DNA of 64,000 nt from the NCBI GenBank assembly GCA_039934835.1, contig JBDTLK010000001.1, positions 455-64,454 of the forward strand, given 5' to 3'. The notes beneath the pieces are model-generated. The model was not told where the DNA came from, did no database searches, and was given only the letters and a program-made list of their open reading frames with translations. Position numbers and translations under genes: made by a program. The DNA comes from Casimicrobiaceae bacterium (GTDB lineage Bacteria > Pseudomonadota > Gammaproteobacteria > Burkholderiales > Casimicrobiaceae). Shown here one piece after another: positions 26,557 through 39,899 of the stretch. Every line of letters starts with the position of its first letter. The first letter of the stretch is position 1.

Positions 26557-27504
26557 ATGGAAATCGCTTTCGTCCTCGATCCGCTGACATCGCTCAAGGC
26601 CTACAAGGATTCGAGCATTGCCATGATGCGTGCCGCGCAGACGCGCGGTCACACGCTGTTCGCGCTCGAGCAGGCCGAGATCTACTGGACACAGGGGGTG
26701 ACGCAGGCGCGCGCTCGCCCGCTCATTGTGGACGCCGACAATCACGCCTGGTTCCGCGCGGCGGATCCGACCCTTCGTCCGCTGTCGTCGTTCGCCGCCG
26801 TGCTGATGCGCAAGGACCCGCCCTTCGACATGGAATATGTCTATACGACGTATCTGCTCGAAGCTGCCGAGCGCGAAGGCGCGCGCATCTACAACAAGCC
26901 GCGAGCGGTCCGCGACAACAACGAAAAACTGGCGATTACGCGGTTTTCCGAGTTCACCGCGCCGACGCTGGTGACGCGAGATGCCGGCCTGCTTGGCGAA
27001 TTCATCGATGCGCACGGCGACGTGATCGTCAAGCCGCTCGACGGAATGGGCGGCACCTCGATCTTCCGGGTTCGCCGCGACGATCCGAATCGCAATGTGA
27101 TCATCGAGACGGTCGGCCAATATGGCGCGCGCAGCGTGATGGCGCAACGTTTCATTCCGGAAATCGCTGCGGGTGACAAGCGCATCCTGCTCATTGCCGG
27201 CGAGCCGGTGCCCTTTGTATTGGCGCGGATCCCCAAGCTGGGTGAAACTCGCGGCAACCTTGCGGCCGGCGGTCGCGGCGTGGCGCAACCGCTGAGCGCG
27301 CGCGACCGGGAGATCGCGACCGCGCTCGGGCCGAAACTGTGGGCGGAAGGCCTGCTGGTCGTCGGGCTCGACGTCATCGGCGACTACCTGACCGAAGTCA
27401 ACGTCACCAGTCCGACCTGCTTTGTCGAAATCACCGAGCAATCGGGCTTCGATGTGGGCGCACGCTTCGCCGAAGCGCTAGAAGCCGCGATCGCCGGCAG
27501 CTGA
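26557..27504 (+). CDS. gshB: Glutathione synthetase
   Basis: ATG at 26557 (MEIAFVLDPLTSLKAYKDSSIAMM...). ATP-grasp motifs ...VVKPLDGMGGTSIFRV... and ...EVNVTSPT... Confidence 0.9.
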   Translation: MEIAFVLDPLTSLKAYKDSSIAMMRAAQTRGHTLFALEQAEIYWTQGVTQARARPLIVDADNHAWFRAADPTLRPLSSFAAVLMRKDPPFDMEYVYTTYLLEAAEREGARIYNKPRAVRDNNEKLAITRFSEFTAPTLVTRDAGLLGEFIDAHGDVIVKPLDGMGGTSIFRVRRDDPNRNVIIETVGQYGARSVMAQRFIPEIAAGDKRILLIAGEPVPFVLARIPKLGETRGNLAAGGRGVAQPLSARDREIATALGPKLWAEGLLVVGLDVIGDYLTEVNVTSPTCFVEITEQSGFDVGARFAEALEAAIAGS

Positions 27505-27627
27505 GGCCCTCTGGGGCGAAACCCAACCGCTGCGTGCTACCATAGTTGGGTGACGGGCTTCGGGTCGACCCGGGAGGCGTTGCGTGGCATGGCGCGCGCG
27601 GTAGACGCGGCCAGCCTGGGGAACAAC

Positions 27628-28041
27628 ATGATCGGCATTCTCATCGTTGCTCACGACAAGCTGGGCGAAAGCCTCGTCGGTGCGGTAACGCATGTGCTGG
27701 GCGAGAAGCCGCCCCAATTCGAGACCCTTGGCATCACCGCGTCCGACGATCCGTTATCGCTGCTGCCGGCGGCGCGCGCGCTGGTCAAGTCACTCGATAC
27801 CGGCGACGGCGTGCTGATTTTTACCGACATTTACGGTGCGACGCCGTGCAATCTCGCCGGCAAACTGCTCGTGCCCGGCCGGGTCGAAGGCGTCGCGGGG
27901 GTAAACCTGCCGATGCTCGTGCGGGCGTTTACTTACCGCGCCCGCGGCATGGACACGATGATTAAGAAAGCGATCAGCGGCGGATGCGACGGCGTGCTGC
28001 ATGTCGCAGTGGACCCGGTCTATGCAGCAACGCGAGGTTGA
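27628..28041 (+). CDS. PTS EIIA component, mannose/fructose family
   Basis: ATG at 27628. MIGILIVAHDKLGESL (phosphorylatable His in IVAHG-like context) and ...IFTDIYGATPCN... 137 aa. Confidence 0.85.
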   Translation: MIGILIVAHDKLGESLVGAVTHVLGEKPPQFETLGITASDDPLSLLPAARALVKSLDTGDGVLIFTDIYGATPCNLAGKLLVPGRVEGVAGVNLPMLVRAFTYRARGMDTMIKKAISGGCDGVLHVAVDPVYAATRG

Positions 28042-28291
28042 GATCGTCAACACGTTGGGGCTGCATGCGCGCGCCTCGGCGAAGCTCACGCAGCTCGCCG
28101 GAAAATATCAGAGTGAGGTTTCGCTCTCGAGAAATGGACGCAAGATCAACGCCAAGAGCATCATGGGCGTGATGATGCTGGCCGCGGGCAAAGGCGCGAC
28201 GATCACGCTCGAAATCGAAGGGCCGGATGAAACCGATGCGATGAACGCCATCGTCGCACTGATCAAAGGCTGCTTCGGCGAAGGCCACTGA
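28022..28291 (+). CDS. ptsH: Phosphocarrier protein HPr (copy 1; His15 and Ser46 present)
   Basis: 89 aa. NTLGLHARASAKL (His15) and INAKSIMGVMML (Ser46). Overlaps the EIIA stop by 20 nt. Confidence 0.9.
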   Translation: MQQREVEIVNTLGLHARASAKLTQLAGKYQSEVSLSRNGRKINAKSIMGVMMLAAGKGATITLEIEGPDETDAMNAIVALIKGCFGEGH

Positions 28292-28440
28292 TACGCGATT
28301 CTTGTTACACGCGCCTGCGCTTGTTGCACTGCACTGGTTCGACAATCGATGGAACCAATTCGCGCCTTTCGCGTTCAATGAGAAGCTGCCCGGATTTTTC
28401 GCGGGTGGGTTATCCTTCAACTTCGGCAGTCAATACCATC

Positions 28441-28710
28441 ATGCAGACACGAGAAATCAGAATCAGGAACCGGCTTGGACTGCACGCGCGCGCGTCGGTG
28501 AAGATCGTGAAGCTTGCGTCGCGCTTTCGGTGCCGGGTGTCGCTGGTGTTCGACGGGCGGCGCGCGAACGCGCGCAATATTCTCGCCATCATGATGCTCG
28601 CGGCGAGCATGGGCAGCACTATCCGGCTCGAAACCGCCGGGCCGGACGAGGCCGCGGCCATGACGGCAATGGCCGAACTGATCAGCGACCGCTTCGGCGA
28701 GTCGGGCTGA
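28441..28710 (+). CDS. HPr paralog (copy 2; His15 present, position 46 is Asn)
   Basis: 89 aa, colinear with copy 1. NRLGLHARASVKI (His15), but ANARNILAIMML in place of the KSIMGVMML context. Confidence 0.85.
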   Translation: MQTREIRIRNRLGLHARASVKIVKLASRFRCRVSLVFDGRRANARNILAIMMLAASMGSTIRLETAGPDEAAAMTAMAELISDRFGESG

Positions 28711-28759
28711 CAGGCCACGCGCGCCCGGCGCGGCCGTCTGGCCGGGAGAGCGCTGCAGC

Positions 28760-30493
28760 ATGAGCTTCCTGTTGCACGGCATCGGTGTCTCCAGTGGCAT
28801 TGCCATCGGGCGGGCTCAGCTCGTGTCGCATGCGACGCTCGAGGCCGCGCACTACACCATTGCCGCCGACGAGGTTGCCGGGGAAATCGAGCGGCTGTCC
28901 AACGCGATCCGCACCGTCCAGAGCGAGCTAGAAAGCCTGCGCGAGGAGATGACCTCTGATGACGCGCCGGCCGAGTTCGGTGCATTTTTGGATGTGCACT
29001 GGATGATCCTCACCGATCCGACGCTGGCTGAGACGCCGAAACGGATCATCGCCGAGCAGCGGTGCAACGCCGAATGGGCGCTGACGCAGCAGACCAGCGT
29101 GCTCATCGAGCAGTTCGACGCGATCGAGGATCCGTACCTGCGCGAGCGCAAGGCGGATGTGGTTCAGGTGGTCGAGCGCGTGCTCAAGGTGCTGCTGGGC
29201 AAGCCCGGCGCGGTGCGCCCTACCAACGCCGAGGAACAGACGATACTGGTCGCGCACGATCTGTCGCCGGCCGATGTCATCCAGTTCAAGAGTCATCACT
29301 ACGCCGCGTTCCTGACCGACCTGGGCGGCGTGACCGCGCATACCGCGATCGTGGCACGCAGTCTCAACGTCCCCGCGGTGGTCGCGGCGCACAACGCGCG
29401 CGCGCTCATCCGCGAGAACGAACTGCTGATCGTCGATGGCGCGCGCAACGTCGTCATCGTCAATCCGGACCGCGCGGTGTTGACCGAGTATCGGCTCAAG
29501 CAGGGCGAGTTCGCGCTCGAGCAGAAGAAACTGCAACGCCTGACGACGACCCGCGCGACGACGCTCGACGGGCAGGCAGTGGAACTGTTCACCAACATCG
29601 AGCTGCCCGAGGACCTGGCGCGCACGCTCGAAGTGGGTGCGACCGGCATCGGCCTTTTCCGCAGCGAGTTTCTCTTCCTCAATCGGATCGGGCTGCCGTC
29701 GGAGGACGAGCAGTTCGAAGCCTATCGCAGCGTTGCGGCCGGCATGGAAGGCAAGCCGGTGACGATCCGCACCTTCGACCTGGGCGCCGACAAACACAAG
29801 GAAGGGCTCGAAGGCCTGTCGCGCGTGGCGCCGAATCCGGCGCTGGGCTTGCGCGCGGTACGTTTCTGCCTGGCCGAGCCACGCCTGTTCGTCACGCAGC
29901 TGCGCGCAATCCTGCGCGCGTCGCATTACGGCAACATCCGCATACTCATACCGATGCTGGTGTCGGCGAGCGAAATCGAGCAGACGCTGGCGCTGATCGC
30001 GCGCGCCAAGGAATCGCTGCGTGAAGAGGGCCTGCCCTTCGACGCCGGCATCGAAGTCGGCGGCATGATCGAGATTCCCGCGGCGGTGCTGGCGATCGGC
30101 GCGTTCACCAGCCGCCTCGATTTTCTGTCGATCGGCACCAACGACCTCATCCAGTACACTCTGGCGGTCGACCGCGCCGACGAAGCGGTATCGCATCTCT
30201 ACGATCCGCTGCACCCAGCGGTGCTCAAGCTGATCGCAATGGCGATTTCGACATCGGTGAAGGCCTCGGTTCCGATCGCCGTCTGCGGCGAAATGGCGGG
30301 CGATGTGCGGATGACACGGTTGTTGCTGGGCATGGGGCTGCGCAATTTCTCGATGCATCCCGCGCATTTGCTGTCGGTAAAGCAACGCGTTCTCAATACC
30401 GACGTTGCGCAGATCACGCCGATGGTCAATCGCATGCGGCGCAACGACGACGCCGGGAAACTCGCCGCGCTGCTCGACAAGCTCAACGATTGA
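28760..30493 (+). CDS. ptsI: Phosphoenolpyruvate--protein phosphotransferase (PTS enzyme I)
   Basis: 577 aa. Phospho-His region GGVTAHTAIVARSLNVPAV, PEP-utilising TIM-barrel motifs ...FRSEFLF... and ...SIGTNDLIQYTLAVDR... GGGAGAG lies upstream of the ATG. Confidence 0.92.
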   Translation: MSFLLHGIGVSSGIAIGRAQLVSHATLEAAHYTIAADEVAGEIERLSNAIRTVQSELESLREEMTSDDAPAEFGAFLDVHWMILTDPTLAETPKRIIAEQRCNAEWALTQQTSVLIEQFDAIEDPYLRERKADVVQVVERVLKVLLGKPGAVRPTNAEEQTILVAHDLSPADVIQFKSHHYAAFLTDLGGVTAHTAIVARSLNVPAVVAAHNARALIRENELLIVDGARNVVIVNPDRAVLTEYRLKQGEFALEQKKLQRLTTTRATTLDGQAVELFTNIELPEDLARTLEVGATGIGLFRSEFLFLNRIGLPSEDEQFEAYRSVAAGMEGKPVTIRTFDLGADKHKEGLEGLSRVAPNPALGLRAVRFCLAEPRLFVTQLRAILRASHYGNIRILIPMLVSASEIEQTLALIARAKESLREEGLPFDAGIEVGGMIEIPAAVLAIGAFTSRLDFLSIGTNDLIQYTLAVDRADEAVSHLYDPLHPAVLKLIAMAISTSVKASVPIAVCGEMAGDVRMTRLLLGMGLRNFSMHPAHLLSVKQRVLNTDVAQITPMVNRMRRNDDAGKLAALLDKLND

Positions 30494-30530
30494 CATTCGG
30501 AGCCGGGGCGGTACACTGGATATCAGTAAC

Positions 30531-30631
30531 GCGCCGATTTGACAATCAGCTTGCGGGCGCGGGGGAGCAGAAGTCGAGCGGGCAACCGCGCACTCCCCGA
30601 TAAATACGGCTAAAGCGGCGAGGAGTCTCCG
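30531..30631 (+). promoter_or_regulatory. Structured leader candidate upstream of metX (possible SAM-responsive element; class unverified)
   Basis: Nested helices are visible: GGGGAG...CUCCCC enclosing GCGG-GCAA-CCGC. Flanking CCGAUUU / AAAU(A)CGG can pair, and AGCUU in the loop can pair with AAGCU in ...GGCUAAAGCGG... An intrinsic terminator follows directly. Confidence 0.3.
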
Positions 30632-30662
30632 ACCCGATTGGCGCAAGCTGGTCGGGTTTTTT
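30632..30662 (+). terminator. Rho-independent terminator (ptsI operon terminator and/or metX leader attenuator)
   Basis: ACCCGAUUGGC-GCAA-GCUGGUCGGGU is an 11-bp stem (3 G-U pairs) with a GNRA loop, running into a 6-U tract. It lies 139 nt after the ptsI stop and 52 nt before the metX ATG. Confidence 0.7.
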
Positions 30663-30713
30663 GCTTTCGGGCCTCTGGCAACGGTGCCCTTTTACGACGC
30701 TCTCAAAATCGTC

Positions 30714-31841
30714 ATGAACCAGCTGATCGCCTCGACAGGTGTGGTGACCCCCCAACGCGCCGCGTTTGCGGAACCGCTCGCGCTCGCGTCCGGCGCGACG
30801 CTGCCGTCATTCGAGCTCGCCTATGAAACGTACGGCGAGCTCAATGCGGAGCGGTCCAATGCCATATTGATCTGTCATGCGCTCAACGCGTCGCATCATG
30901 TCGCCGGTGTCCACGCCGGCGTCGCGGATAGCGAAGGCTGGTGGGACAACATGGTCGGTCCAGGCAAGCCGGTCGACACCAGCCGGTTTTTCGTCATCGG
31001 CGTCAACAATCTCGGCAGCTGTTTCGGCTCGACCGGCCCGGCGTCGATCAACGCCGGTACCCGCAAGCCGTGGGGTGCGGACTTTCCCATCGTCACTGTC
31101 GAGGATTGGGTCGACGCACAGGCGCGTCTGGCCGATCGACTGGGCATTACGCGCTTCGCCGCGGTCATGGGCGGAAGCCTTGGCGGCATGCAGGCGCTGT
31201 CGTGGGCAATTCGCTACCCCGAGCGCATCGCCAATGCGCTGGTGATTGCCGCCGCGCCGAACCTGTCGGCGCAGAACATCGCCTTCAACGAAGTCGCCCG
31301 CACCGCGATCCTCACCGATCCCGAGTTCCACGATGGGCATTTCTACGAGCACGGGGTCAAGCCGGTGCGCGGATTGCGCGTGGCTCGCATGATCGGTCAC
31401 ATCACCTATATTTCCGACGAGCAGATGGCCGAGAAATTCGGGCGGCAGCTGCGCGACGGGCTCAATTTTTCCTTCGCGCCCGAATTCCAGATCGAGTCGT
31501 ACTTGCGCTATCAGGGCGAGAAATTCGCCGAGTACTTCGACGCCAATACTTATCTCCGCATCACCAAGGCGCTCGACTACTTCGACCCGGCCGCCGCCAC
31601 CGCCGGCAGCCTGATGCGCGCGCTGGCGCCCGCAACGTGTCGTTTCCTGGTCATCTCCTTCACGACCGACTGGCGATTCACGCCGGCGCGCTCGCGCCAG
31701 ATCGTGAAAGCGCTGGTCGACAATCGCCGCGACGTGTCGTATGCGGAGATCGTGGCGCCGCACGGCCACGACGCCTTCCTGCTCGACACGCCCCAGTATC
31801 ACGGGATCGTGCGCGCGTATCTCGAGCGGACACCGCGATGA
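30714..31841 (+). CDS. metX: Homoserine O-acetyltransferase (or O-succinyltransferase) MetX
   Basis: ...[28 protein letters not shown]... and [10 protein letters not shown] (nucleophile elbow). ATG at 30714 chosen; a GTG at 30684 is possible. ATGA overlap with metW. Confidence 0.9.
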   Translation: MNQLIASTGVVTPQRAAFAEPLALASGATLPSFELAYETYGELNAERSNAILICHALNASHHVAGVHAGVADSEGWWDNMVGPGKPVDTSRFFVIGVNNLGSCFGSTGPASINAGTRKPWGADFPIVTVEDWVDAQARLADRLGITRFAAVMGGSLGGMQALSWAIRYPERIANALVIAAAPNLSAQNIAFNEVARTAILTDPEFHDGHFYEHGVKPVRGLRVARMIGHITYISDEQMAEKFGRQLRDGLNFSFAPEFQIESYLRYQGEKFAEYFDANTYLRITKALDYFDPAAATAGSLMRALAPATCRFLVISFTTDWRFTPARSRQIVKALVDNRRDVSYAEIVAPHGHDAFLLDTPQYHGIVRAYLERTPR

Positions 31842-32428
31842 CGCTGTCGATGCGCGCCGACTTCTCGACCATCGCCGGCTGGATCGCCCCCGGGGCGCGA
31901 GTGCTCGACCTTGGCTGTGGCGACGGCACATTACTCACGCACCTGCGCGAGTCGCGCGGCGCGTCCGGTTACGGTATCGAAATCGACGACGCCGGCGTTC
32001 TCGCATCGATCGGAAATGGCATCAACGTGCTGCAAAGCGATCTCGAGTCAGGGCTCGCGGGTTTCGATGATCAATCCTTCGACAGCGTCATCCTGTCGCA
32101 GACGCTGCAGGCGATGCGCAGGATCGAGGCCATCGTGGACGAAATGCTGCGGGTGGGACGCGAAGCGATCGTCTCGTTTCCCAATTTCGGGCATTGGTCG
32201 CACCGCGTGCAGGTGCTGGCGGGGCGAATGCCGGTGTCGAACCGGCTGCCGTATCAGTGGTTCGACACGCCGAATATCCACCTTTGCACGGTCGCCGACT
32301 TCGACGCGTTCTGCGTGCAACGGCGCTATCGCGTGCTCGAGCGGGCGGTGCTGCACGAGACTCGACGCGTGAACATTCTGCCCAATCTGATGGGATCGCT
32401 GGCGATCTACCGCTTTCGCAGCGCGTAG
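31838..32428 (+). CDS. metW: Methionine biosynthesis protein MetW
   Basis: 196 aa. [33 protein letters not shown]... and ...VSFPNFGHW...TPNIHLCT... are typical of MetW. Coupled to metX. Confidence 0.9.
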   Translation: MTLSMRADFSTIAGWIAPGARVLDLGCGDGTLLTHLRESRGASGYGIEIDDAGVLASIGNGINVLQSDLESGLAGFDDQSFDSVILSQTLQAMRRIEAIVDEMLRVGREAIVSFPNFGHWSHRVQVLAGRMPVSNRLPYQWFDTPNIHLCTVADFDAFCVQRRYRVLERAVLHETRRVNILPNLMGSLAIYRFRSA

Positions 32429-32481
32429 CGCGCGCCGTCCGCGGGGCAAGAGTCGGCTCGATTGGCAGCTACAATGCCGCG

Positions 32482-33745
32482 ATGGCGTCATTCGGCAACC
32501 TTCGCGCCGCGCTTCTCAACCGGCGCATGCTGATCTGCATCTTCACCGGCTTCAGCTCCGGACTGCCGCTCTACATCCTGATCAACCTGATTCCCGCGTG
32601 GTTGCGCTCGGAGCATGTCGACCTGAAGTCGATCGGACTGTTTGCGCTTATCCAGCTGCCGTTCACGTGGAAGTTCATGTGGTCGCCGTTGCTCGACCGG
32701 TACGCGATACCGTTGCTCGGCCGCCGACGCGGCTGGATGCTGATCACGCAGTTGCTGCTGCTGGTTTCGATCCCGATGTTCGGCACGCTCGACCCGCAGT
32801 TGAACCTCTGGACGATCGCCTATCTCGCCACTGCCGTCGCTTTTTTTTCGGCCACGCAGGACATCGTCCTCGACGCGTATCGCCGCGAATTGCTGCCCGA
32901 TCTGGAGCTCGGATTGGGCAACTCGATCTTCGTGCAGGCGTATCGCGTCTCCAGCCTCATTCCCGGGGCGCTGTCGCTGATTCTCGCCGATCATCTGCCG
33001 TGGCAGAGCGTGTTCGTGATCACCGCGCTGTTCATGATCCCGGGGCTGGTCACCACGCTGCTGGTCAGCGAGCCCGCGCTGGCGCATCCGGCGCCGCGCA
33101 CACTCGCCGACGCAATCGTGTTGCCGTTTCGCGAATTCATGTCGCGTCATGGCGTGCGCGAGGCACTGCTGATACTCGCCTTCATCTTTCTCTACAAACT
33201 GGGCGACTCGATGGCGACCGCGCTGGCGACGCCGTTCTATCTCGACATCGGGTTCACCAAGTCCGAAATCGGCCTGATCGCCAAGAACGCCGGACTGTGG
33301 CCCAGCGTGATCGGCGGCCTGCTCGGCGGACTGTGGATGGTGAAGATCGGCATCAATCGCGCGCTCTGGCTGTTTGGCATCGTGCAGCTGGTGTCCATTC
33401 TCGGCTTCGCCTGGCTTGCCTACGTGAATCAACCCGATCGCGGGCTGCTCGCGCTGGTGATCAGCGTCGAGGCACTGGGCGTGGGGCTGGGTACGGCGGC
33501 CTTCGTCGCGTTTATCGCACGCACCACGGACCCACGTTACACGGCGACGCAATTCGCCTTGTTCACCAGCCTGGCCGTGGTGCCACGGTCGGTGGTCAAC
33601 GCGTCGACCGGCTGGATGGTAGAGGCCATGGGCTGGTTTGATTTCTACCTGCTGTGCACAGTGCTGGCGCTGCCGGGCATGGCGCTGCTCTGGTGGGTCG
33701 CTCCGTGGCAGGGGGCGCTACCGGCGGAGGCTCCCGCGGAGTCGC

Positions 33746-33756
<11 letters not shown>
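32482..33756 (+). CDS. ampG: AmpG-family muropeptide/MFS permease
   Basis: ATG at 32482. ...LICIFTGFSSGLPLYILINLIPAWLRSEHVDLKSIGLF...WKFMWSPLLDRY... is characteristic of AmpG. 424 aa, about 12-14 TM helices. Confidence 0.85.
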
Positions 33757-35659
<1,903 letters not shown>

Positions 35660-35732
35660 GGCGGAGGTGCGGTTAGCGAGGCGATGAAAAGCGGTGGCCG
35701 AGCGGTCGAACCGCGAGTCCGAAAGTACCGGC

Positions 35733-36533
35733 TTACTTTCTCGCCTTTCGGACCGGTGCGTCGAACCCGAAGTCGTAGTCGATGGTCAGTGGCGCGTGAT
35801 CGGAAAATCGCCGGTTGGTGTAGATCGAGGCAGCATGCGCGGTGGCGGCGATCGCGGGCGTGGCGATCTGGTAGTCGATGCGCCAGCCGACATTGTTGGC
35901 CCACGCCTGTCCGCGATTCGACCACCACGTGTACTGATCCGGTTCCTGGTTGACCCTTCGGAACACGTCGACGAAGCCGATTTTTTCAAAGACGTGCGTG
36001 AGCCACTCGCGCTCCTCGGGCAGAAATCCGGAATTTTTCTGGTTGCTCCTCCAGTTCTTGAGATCGATTGCCTGGTGCGCGATATTCCAGTCGCCGCAGA
36101 GCACGATTTCGCGGCCGGCTTCGCGCAACGCCTCCAAGTGCGGCAGAAATTGCGCCAGGAAACGGAACTTGGCTTCCTGTCGCACCGGCGAGCTCGATCC
36201 GGACGGAAAGTACACGCTGACGACCGTCACCCGGCCGAAGTCAGCTTCCAGATAGCGGCCCTCGGCGTCGAACTCGGCGCTGCCGAAACCCGTGCGCAGT
36301 GTCATTGGACGATGCGCGTAGATCGCGACGCCACTGTAGCCCTTGCGCTGCGCCGGATGAAACACCGCGCTGGCTTTGCGCGGCGCGAGCAGCGTCTTGG
36401 GCACGTGCTCTTCGGTGGCCCTGATCTCCTGCAGGCAGACCACGTCCCACGGATCGATCCTGGCGAGCCAGCGGGCGAGCCCCTTGCGTTCGGCGGAACG
36501 GATGCCGTTGACGTTGAGCGTGATGATGCGCAT
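35733..36533 (-). CDS. xthA: Exodeoxyribonuclease III
   Basis: 266 aa. MRIITLNVNGIRSA...VVCLQE...CGDWNIAH...SDHAPL are the EEP nuclease motifs of Xth. Confidence 0.9.
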   Translation of the reverse strand: MRIITLNVNGIRSAERKGLARWLARIDPWDVVCLQEIRATEEHVPKTLLAPRKASAVFHPAQRKGYSGVAIYAHRPMTLRTGFGSAEFDAEGRYLEADFGRVTVVSVYFPSGSSSPVRQEAKFRFLAQFLPHLEALREAGREIVLCGDWNIAHQAIDLKNWRSNQKNSGFLPEEREWLTHVFEKIGFVDVFRRVNQEPDQYTWWSNRGQAWANNVGWRIDYQIATPAIAATAHAASIYTNRRFSDHAPLTIDYDFGFDAPVRKARK

Positions 36534-36658
36534 GGAGTGGTGCGGGCGACGAAGCGAGGCCGGAGTTTACGGTAAAATCGGCGCCGGCTCGACTCCGCGG
36601 CCATCGCGCTTCGCGCCCGTCGCTTGCTTCCGATTCCGAGTCTTCCAACAGGCTTCCC

Positions 36659-37303
36659 ATGAACGATTTCCGCCAGGAATTCCTCGAGTTCGCTTTGGCA
36701 CGCGAAGTGCTTCGCTTTGGTGAATTCGCGACCAAAGCAGGGCGGGAAACTCCCTACTTTTTCAACGCAGGACTGTTCAACGACGGCGAAAGCCTGAAGC
36801 GTCTGGGCCGTTACTACGCCCAAGCGTACCTGGCGTCTGGCGTCGGCTGCGACCAGCTCTTCGGACCGGCATACAAGGGCATTACCCTTGTGGCCGCGAC
36901 CGCGATCGCGCTTGCCGAAATGGGGCACAATTTGCCGTACAGCTACAACCGCAAGGAAGCGAAGGATCACGGCGAAGGCGGCGTGATTGTCGGCGCTCCC
37001 CTCAAGGGCCGGGCCATGATCGTCGATGACGTGATCACCGACGGCGGGGCCAAGCGCGAGGCGATGGAGTTGATCCGCGCGCATGGCGCGGTGCCGGCCG
37101 GAGTGCTGATCGCCTTCGATCGCAAGGAGCGCGGCCGTGGTGAATGCTCGGCGGTGCAGGAATTGCAGCAGGAATTCGGCGTCCCGGTCATTGCGATCGC
37201 GACCGTCGATGATTTGCAGGGGTTTCTGGACCGGCGGCCGGAGTTCGCGTCCCAGCGCGTCGCAGTGGCGACGTATCGGGAACGGTACGGGGCGCGCGAC
37301 TGA
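36659..37303 (+). CDS. pyrE: Orotate phosphoribosyltransferase
   Basis: 214 aa. ...FGEFATKAGRETPYFFNAGLF... and the PRPP loop MIVDDVITDGGAK. Confidence 0.92.
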   Translation: MNDFRQEFLEFALAREVLRFGEFATKAGRETPYFFNAGLFNDGESLKRLGRYYAQAYLASGVGCDQLFGPAYKGITLVAATAIALAEMGHNLPYSYNRKEAKDHGEGGVIVGAPLKGRAMIVDDVITDGGAKREAMELIRAHGAVPAGVLIAFDRKERGRGECSAVQELQQEFGVPVIAIATVDDLQGFLDRRPEFASQRVAVATYRERYGARD

Positions 37304-37363
37304 CCAAGACGATGCGCGGACAGGGATTCTGCGGAAAGAACAATCGGGAAATCGGGGACTACA

Positions 37364-38095
37364 GTGAAAAACATTCGCACGCATCACTTGGTACGGCATC
37401 TGGGCCTCGCCGCCGTCGGCATCGGCCTCGGGCTGTCCGCACTGTCCGCGGCCGCCGCCGGCATGTACAAGTGGACTGACGACAAGGGCATCGTTCATTA
37501 CAGCGATCAGATGCCGCAGGACGCGGTCAACAAGGGCGCCACCGTGTTCGATAAGCAGGGTCGCCCGCTCAAGAAGATAGATGCCGCGCCGACGCAGGAA
37601 GAGCTGCGCGCCAAGGAAGCCGTGGAAGAACGCCTGAAGACCACCGGCCGTCTCGTGCAGGAGCGCGCGCGCAAGGATCAGGCGCTGCTGCAGTCGTACA
37701 CCAGTGAGCAGGAAATCGACTTCGCGCGCAATCGTGCCATCTTGACGGTGGATAGCCAGCTCAAGTCGGCCGAGAGCTACAGCGCCGACCTGAGACGCCG
37801 CCAAGCGGAGATCGAAAAACAGAAAGCGACGCTCGCCGGCAAGCCGGTACCGGCGGCGATGGAAAATGAACTCGTGTCGCTCTCCAATGAACTCGGCCGT
37901 CAGGACGGGTTGATCGCGCAAAAGCGCGACGAAGTCGCCTCGATCAACGCCCGCTACGACAACGACAAGAAGCGCTGGCAGGAAATCAACGCCGAACAGC
38001 TGCGCGCGGCGGCCGCGGGAATCCCGCCTGCGACCCCACCGGCGCCGGGCAAAGCCGCGCCAAAGGCGGCGGTCCCGGCAACCGCCTCGAAGTAA
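37364..38095 (+). CDS. DUF4124-domain secreted coiled-coil protein
   Basis: GTG start, signal peptide, then MYKWTDDKGIVHYSDQMP (DUF4124 signature) followed by a Glu/Lys/Gln-rich coiled-coil and a Pro/Ala tail. Confidence 0.7.
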   Translation: MKNIRTHHLVRHLGLAAVGIGLGLSALSAAAAGMYKWTDDKGIVHYSDQMPQDAVNKGATVFDKQGRPLKKIDAAPTQEELRAKEAVEERLKTTGRLVQERARKDQALLQSYTSEQEIDFARNRAILTVDSQLKSAESYSADLRRRQAEIEKQKATLAGKPVPAAMENELVSLSNELGRQDGLIAQKRDEVASINARYDNDKKRWQEINAEQLRAAAAGIPPATPPAPGKAAPKAAVPATASK

Positions 38096-38220
38096 CCGCG
38101 CACGCTGGTTGTTTCGCGCCGGGGCGCCGCCAGACGCCGCCGCGTCGTTGATCGCGCCGGCATCGACGCCCGCAAACTGCGATAATCCGTCCTTTCCGTA
38201 GTCCTCCGCGACCCCAAGCG

Positions 38221-39885
<1,665 letters not shown>

Positions 39886-39899
39886 CCCGTAGCCGGCGG

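Noticed and set aside
25519-27441. 640-aa minus-strand ORF spanning the regulator gene and gshB
   Set aside because: It runs antisense across two well-supported plus-strand genes and their intergenic gap. This is a GC-driven artefact.
28928-30646. 572-aa minus-strand ORF opposite ptsI
   Set aside because: It is antisense to an unambiguous enzyme I gene, with no motifs.
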